From Bigelowiella natans CCMP2755 (taxonomy: Eukaryota; Protista; Cercozoa), in contig ADNK01003519.1 in the NCBI GenBank assembly GCA_000320545.1, positions 1 to 40,995 on the forward strand: DNA of 40,995 nt, written 5' to 3'. The notes beneath the pieces are model-generated. The model made no database searches. It saw only the letters and a list, made by a program, of their open reading frames with translations, and was not told the origin of the DNA. The position numbers and the translations under genes were made by a program. Within the stretch, counting starts at the first letter, position 1, and each line of letters starts with the position of its first letter. Below, piece by piece: positions 36,871 through 40,995 of this stretch.

Positions 36871-38538
36871 GCGGACGTGGACTCACTTCGGGTGGTTCTG
36901 GGAGCACACGTGCTTTCCTCGGAGTCGTGGTGACGAACAACGAAAAAGTGGGTGGGGGACAGGATGGACGTGGACAGGCTGAGGTTGGGGGTTTGAGGCA
37001 ATGAGTCGATTTTTTGGCCCGCAATTTCCCACGATGTGTTCTCGATGTTTTCAGAGTTGTTGTGGGATGTCGTTGTTGGCACTTCTGCAAGAGGGAACAC
37101 AACTCAACCCCCCCCCTCATCAGAAGACGAGGACACGACAACGTGGAAGCAAGTCAAAGGGATGCGGAACCACCACTTTTGCAGAAACTGAAGAGACTCA
37201 AAGTTGTTCTTTTCCGTGTCATCAAGGGAGAGGCGGGATTGCCTGAGTCGCATTTGTGGGATCTCACTGATCAAGCAAAGGGGAACGTTCACAAACGTGG
37301 TCTTGAAACAACAGTGGATGTGAACAGACTTGTGGAACCTTTTTTGCAAACGCACAGAGTGGACTCAAAGCCATCCTTCTTCACACTCACAACGTTGAAA
37401 GGGGGGCAAGAAAAGTTGAATCGCTTTTGTCAAACACCACTGAAGAAGCAAATCAAGCAGTGGGTTCAGTGAGTTCACCAAGTGCAAGGAGCATCGTGCA
37501 CAAAAAAGTGAAGAGAGAGAAAAGAAAACGCCGGGGCAATTGCACTGGCACGATGTCACGTTCATCCGAAGTCAAAGAGGTTGTCACAAGAAGAAGAAGT
37601 GAGCGTGTGAAACGACACCCTGACAAACGTGGACCGTGTCTGTCCAAGCAAAGTGCACGTCACACGCATCAAGGACATCAAGAGTCACTTTGAGCACGAT
37701 CAATCACGTCAATGGATTTGCACAATGCACGCGCAGGGTTGTGCACGACCTGGTTGAGTGCACGTGTTTGGCGGGCACAAGTCCGTCAAACCCGGCAACG
37801 ACGGGGTTGTGAACAGTGCAGCGCTTTGCGACGCGCTTTGAAGCAGCAGGCAGTTGCAGTTGGTCAAAGAAAAGTCATCAGAACTTGTCCGATGGCCAAA
37901 CCTGAAAAAATGACCGAAGTGTTGACCAAAACGTCCATTTTCAAGGCCGCAAAGTGTGAAAATTCACACCCGTTGTGTGGCGGATGCACGCTGCGCGTTT
38001 TTTCTCTGCCACACTTTGAGTGCTTTTGCGTGTGCGTTTGACCAAGTGTGATGTGCACAAAAAATTTCCAAGAAATGCGAGCAAATCCAACGTCCATTGC
38101 ATCACGTGACGCGCTTGGTCGCGCGCAAAAGCTTCCAAGTGCACGTTCTGGCGATTCGTCACAGGTTTGACGGACTTGTGGGCGGTGCAATTGCACGATG
38201 GGACGAACGACATTGTTGTGCACAGCTCATGCACGCAAGAAGCTTGTTGTTTGTGCGTGTGTGATGAAGAACTCAGCTTCGTGCACATCGGTGTTTCAAA
38301 ATCGAAGTGAATGGATTGATGTTGTTGAGCCTGCAGCACGTGAGGCAGTCCGTGAAATTGCAAGGTGTGCTCATGATGGACGTGCAATGCACAATGTGCA
38401 CGATGCACACAGTTCACCATGGACGTTCAAGGTCTTCTCAGGTCTTGTGCAATCCTCTTCCCCCGTGCCGGAACAGTTTCGGCATTGTGGTCATGGCCTC
38501 CTTTGTGGGGTGCAGGGGGGGGGTGGGGGGAGAGGGCA

Positions 38539-38579
<41 letters not shown>

Positions 38580-38720
38580 ATGAAGAGAGGCAAGTGCCAG
38601 TCTCAGCACGAACAAATGCTCTGAGATCTAATTCACTGTCTCGCAGAGCACCACTCGGTGAGAGGAACTTGTCGATGCTTTGACATCGGCATTGTCAAGT
38701 TGGGTGCGACATCATGCGGG

Positions 38721-39520
38721 TCACACCTGCTGGTCCTCTCCAGCTTCCTCCTTCTGCTCCCTCTCCTCCTCCTCCTCTTCCTCCTCTTTTCTGTTGTTCG
38801 CAGCGTCCTTCTAGATGGAGAAACGCACAGAGAAACAAGCACATATCAGAGACGGCTAGATCTCTAGAAGGTTGAAGGTGCATCTAGGGGGCGATTTGGT
38901 GTGGCTCTGCGAAAACCGTTGCCTCCTCCTCCTCCTCCTCCTCCTCCTCCTCCTCCTCCCTTTTCTCCTCCTACTCTCAGGGAAAACACTAACAAAAGTT
39001 TTCGCAAACCTGCATGGCGAGGTAGCGATTAATCGCCATCTGATGGGCCTCCACGTGCTCCTTCTCCCACTTAAGGGGAGGGTGCAGAGGCGTGAAGTTT
39101 TGAGGCTTTTCTATCTTCTTCCATTGCATTACCTATGATCGGGGGGGAAACACATCATTGATGGCTGCTCAACCCCATCAGGCGAGAGAAAGGATAGAGA
39201 ATCGATGTTCGCGCAGCGCAAAGGGGTTCCAGGCCCTTTTTTTGCGTCCTCTGGACGCGTCGCAAGGCAAAGGACTTCAAATGATGATATTGAATTTCAC
39301 GAGATGTCCTCCGAATGATGAGGATGGGGCAATGGCCATGCGCAACGAGGAAAAACGACACACGCCATGGTGGGCAGGCTTCTTCCGCTAGAATTCCCCA
39401 ATCCCCCCTCTCCGCTTCATGCAAGTGAGGAACGACGCTTACAGTGTCCACAGGAGAGTGAGGGCGGTCTTCCTGGTGTTGTCCTGTGTTGTTACATCGC
39501 ATTTATTGAAGGAAGTCTCA

Positions 39521-39568
<48 letters not shown>

Positions 39569-39866
39569 GATAGGCTTCTTTTTTTGGAAAAATGTCCGCT
39601 CCCCCCTCCCCCCCCCCCCCCTTTCTTCCCTCCTTCATGCGAAAGTAGCTAGCGCTTACGTCGCTTCGCGTTGGGGGATTTGAACCGAGTCTTCAAATAC
39701 GGAATGTTGCGGATTTCCACTGCGACAAAGCACGGAAATATAGTAGGCCAGCAACGTAGCATTCAGTCTTTGGAGGGCAATGAGCAATAAGATACTAGCT
39801 ATCTAACGGGAAGAATAGTACGAAGGGCACAGACATCGACTTGTGCTGAAGACAACACGCACATGC

Positions 39867-39902
<36 letters not shown>

Positions 39903-40231
39903 GCACGCGCGCGCGCAAACGCACAGACTATATTACAGTAAAAATGGCTGTTAATTATCATCTTTATCCGGTTCTCACGCCGCTATTCAGTACCTCTCGG
40001 GGTATTGGCGATTTCTGGCAAAATTGCGCCGCTTTCCTTTTTGCAAGAGGGAAAGTGCATCGGTTTTATGGTGCCGGAAAATTCCGACCCATCGGGTCTA
40101 GCAATCTCTGTGCCTGGGAGAGGGGGGTTAGCGCAGGAGGGGCGGGAGGGGGTGGGGGGGTGTCAACAAATATTTATATCTATATATATAATTCGTTAGC
40201 GAAGGGGACATTTCCCTCTTATGTATGCTCT

Positions 40232-40282
<51 letters not shown>

Positions 40283-40487
40283 GGTGGTGTGTGTGTGTGT
40301 GTTAAACTGCGGACCCTCTTCTTCTTCTTCTTCTTCTTCTTCTTCTTCTTCATCATCATCATCATCATCATGTGTGTGCTATGCACCAGCGGACGAGGAA
40401 GGCCAGGATGACTGCCAGGAGCTGGGCGTCTTAAGATCCTTATTTCGTTTATTTAAAAGAGCACACGCACGTCAATACACACACATA

Positions 40488-40542
<55 letters not shown>

Positions 40543-40972
40543 GGAGATTTTAGGTTTTGCTGCATGTTATCGTTCGTGAGCTTGCAACCGTTTTGCATTC
40601 AAGGTGACTGCTATTCGGCCGTATCGTCGAGCCCTGCGGCAACAGAAGCATTATCATTCCGCAGAGCTACTGCTTTTTCAAGGAATATAGCTACAAACGA
40701 TGGTCATGGAGGAATAAGTTAAGTTTTGGTGGTTAATTTACACAATGAGTGCATACGCGGCCCCCTTGGGATTTGGGGCTCCCGGGATCAAAATACTAGA
40801 ATTTTGGGTAAAAATCCCTTCATTCAGTCATTCATTCAAAAGTTTTTTTTAAAGTGATGTTTAGTGGGGGGGGGGGGGGGGGGGCTTAGATGCCAACGCA
40901 ACGTCATCTCACCAAGAGCTGCTTATCCTTCTCAAAGTGCATGTATCGTCCCATGAGCAGTTGGTTCGCCTC
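38721..40972 (-). CDS. 3' part of an unidentified multi-exon host gene entering from beyond the window end
   Basis: GT-AG-bounded segments such as EANQLLMGRYMHFEKDKQLL (~40913-40972), WEKEHVEAHQMAINRYLAMQ (~39010-39069) and KDAANNRKEEEEEEEREQKEEAGEDQQ (~38727-38810). Joins and stop position are uncertain. Confidence 0.4.
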
Positions 40973-40995
40973 CTGCAACAGACGCCACAGAAACA

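Larger units (their letters stand above)
23371..38628. mobile_element. TpA-erased DNA-transposon island (nested or clustered relic elements; true termini not resolved)
   Basis: Two DDE transposase genes, accessory ORFs and tandem repeats; only ~10 TA dinucleotides by hand count; the protein-like ORFs lack Tyr. Confidence 0.85.

Noticed and set aside
23371-38628. Classical fungal RIP
   Set aside because: RIP creates TpA (CpA->TpA) and stop codons and lowers GC; this region shows the opposite.
23371-38628. ADAR-type RNA editing fixed by reverse transcription
   Set aside because: The elements are DNA transposons with introns retained, both strands and intergenic DNA are affected, and 3'-G contexts (preferred by ADAR) are the ones that survive. 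Judged unlikely rather than formally excluded.
23371-38628. CACTA/CACTG terminal inverted repeats and TSDs for the large elements
   Set aside because: I could not find a convincing inverted pair by eye, and mutation of TA would obscure CACTA ends. Element boundaries are left unassigned.
38592-38726. Host splice donors apparently mutated by the TA process (GTGTGA, GCACTT)
   Set aside because: Reading frames across the proposed junctions are inconsistent, and the gene may simply stop at 38721; unsupported without transcripts.
39675-39686. tRNA B-box-like GGTTCAAATCCC on the minus strand
   Set aside because: No T-stem pairing or cloverleaf can be built, and it lies in a probable exon.

Overview
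Eukaryotic nuclear DNA from an intron-rich microbial eukaryote: GT-AG introns are full of (TA)n, (CA)n, (GA)n and trinucleotide microsatellites. The taxon cannot be fixed from this window. 1-22.3 kb holds host genes: a bromodomain protein, a sulfotransferase, an RPEL-repeat protein, COG6, a secreted bacterial-type beta-propeller/(alpha/alpha)6 protein, NELF-C/D and a repeat-propeller membrane protein. A further unidentified host gene lies at 38.7-41 kb. The striking part is 23.4-38.6 kb, a transposon island with a CACTA/En-Spm transposase, a Transib/Chapaev/RAG1-core-like transposase, a 2OG-Fe(II) dioxygenase-like ORF and tandem repeats, from which the TpA dinucleotide is almost completely erased. 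By eye I count 10 TA in ~15.3 kb, where roughly 900-1000 are expected at independence. Several internal lines of evidence point to TA->TG/CA(/CG), i.e. A->G on both strands: Tyr->His/Cys at conserved transposase motifs, CA<->TG swaps between repeat copies, and apparent former (TA)n tracts turned into CA/TG mosaics. Survivors share a CTA/TAG context and depletion fades at both edges. I infer a repeat-targeted DNA hypermutation (genome-defence) system, the adenine mirror image of fungal RIP; I know of no named pathway for it. All counts are by hand and exon boundaries are manual predictions.
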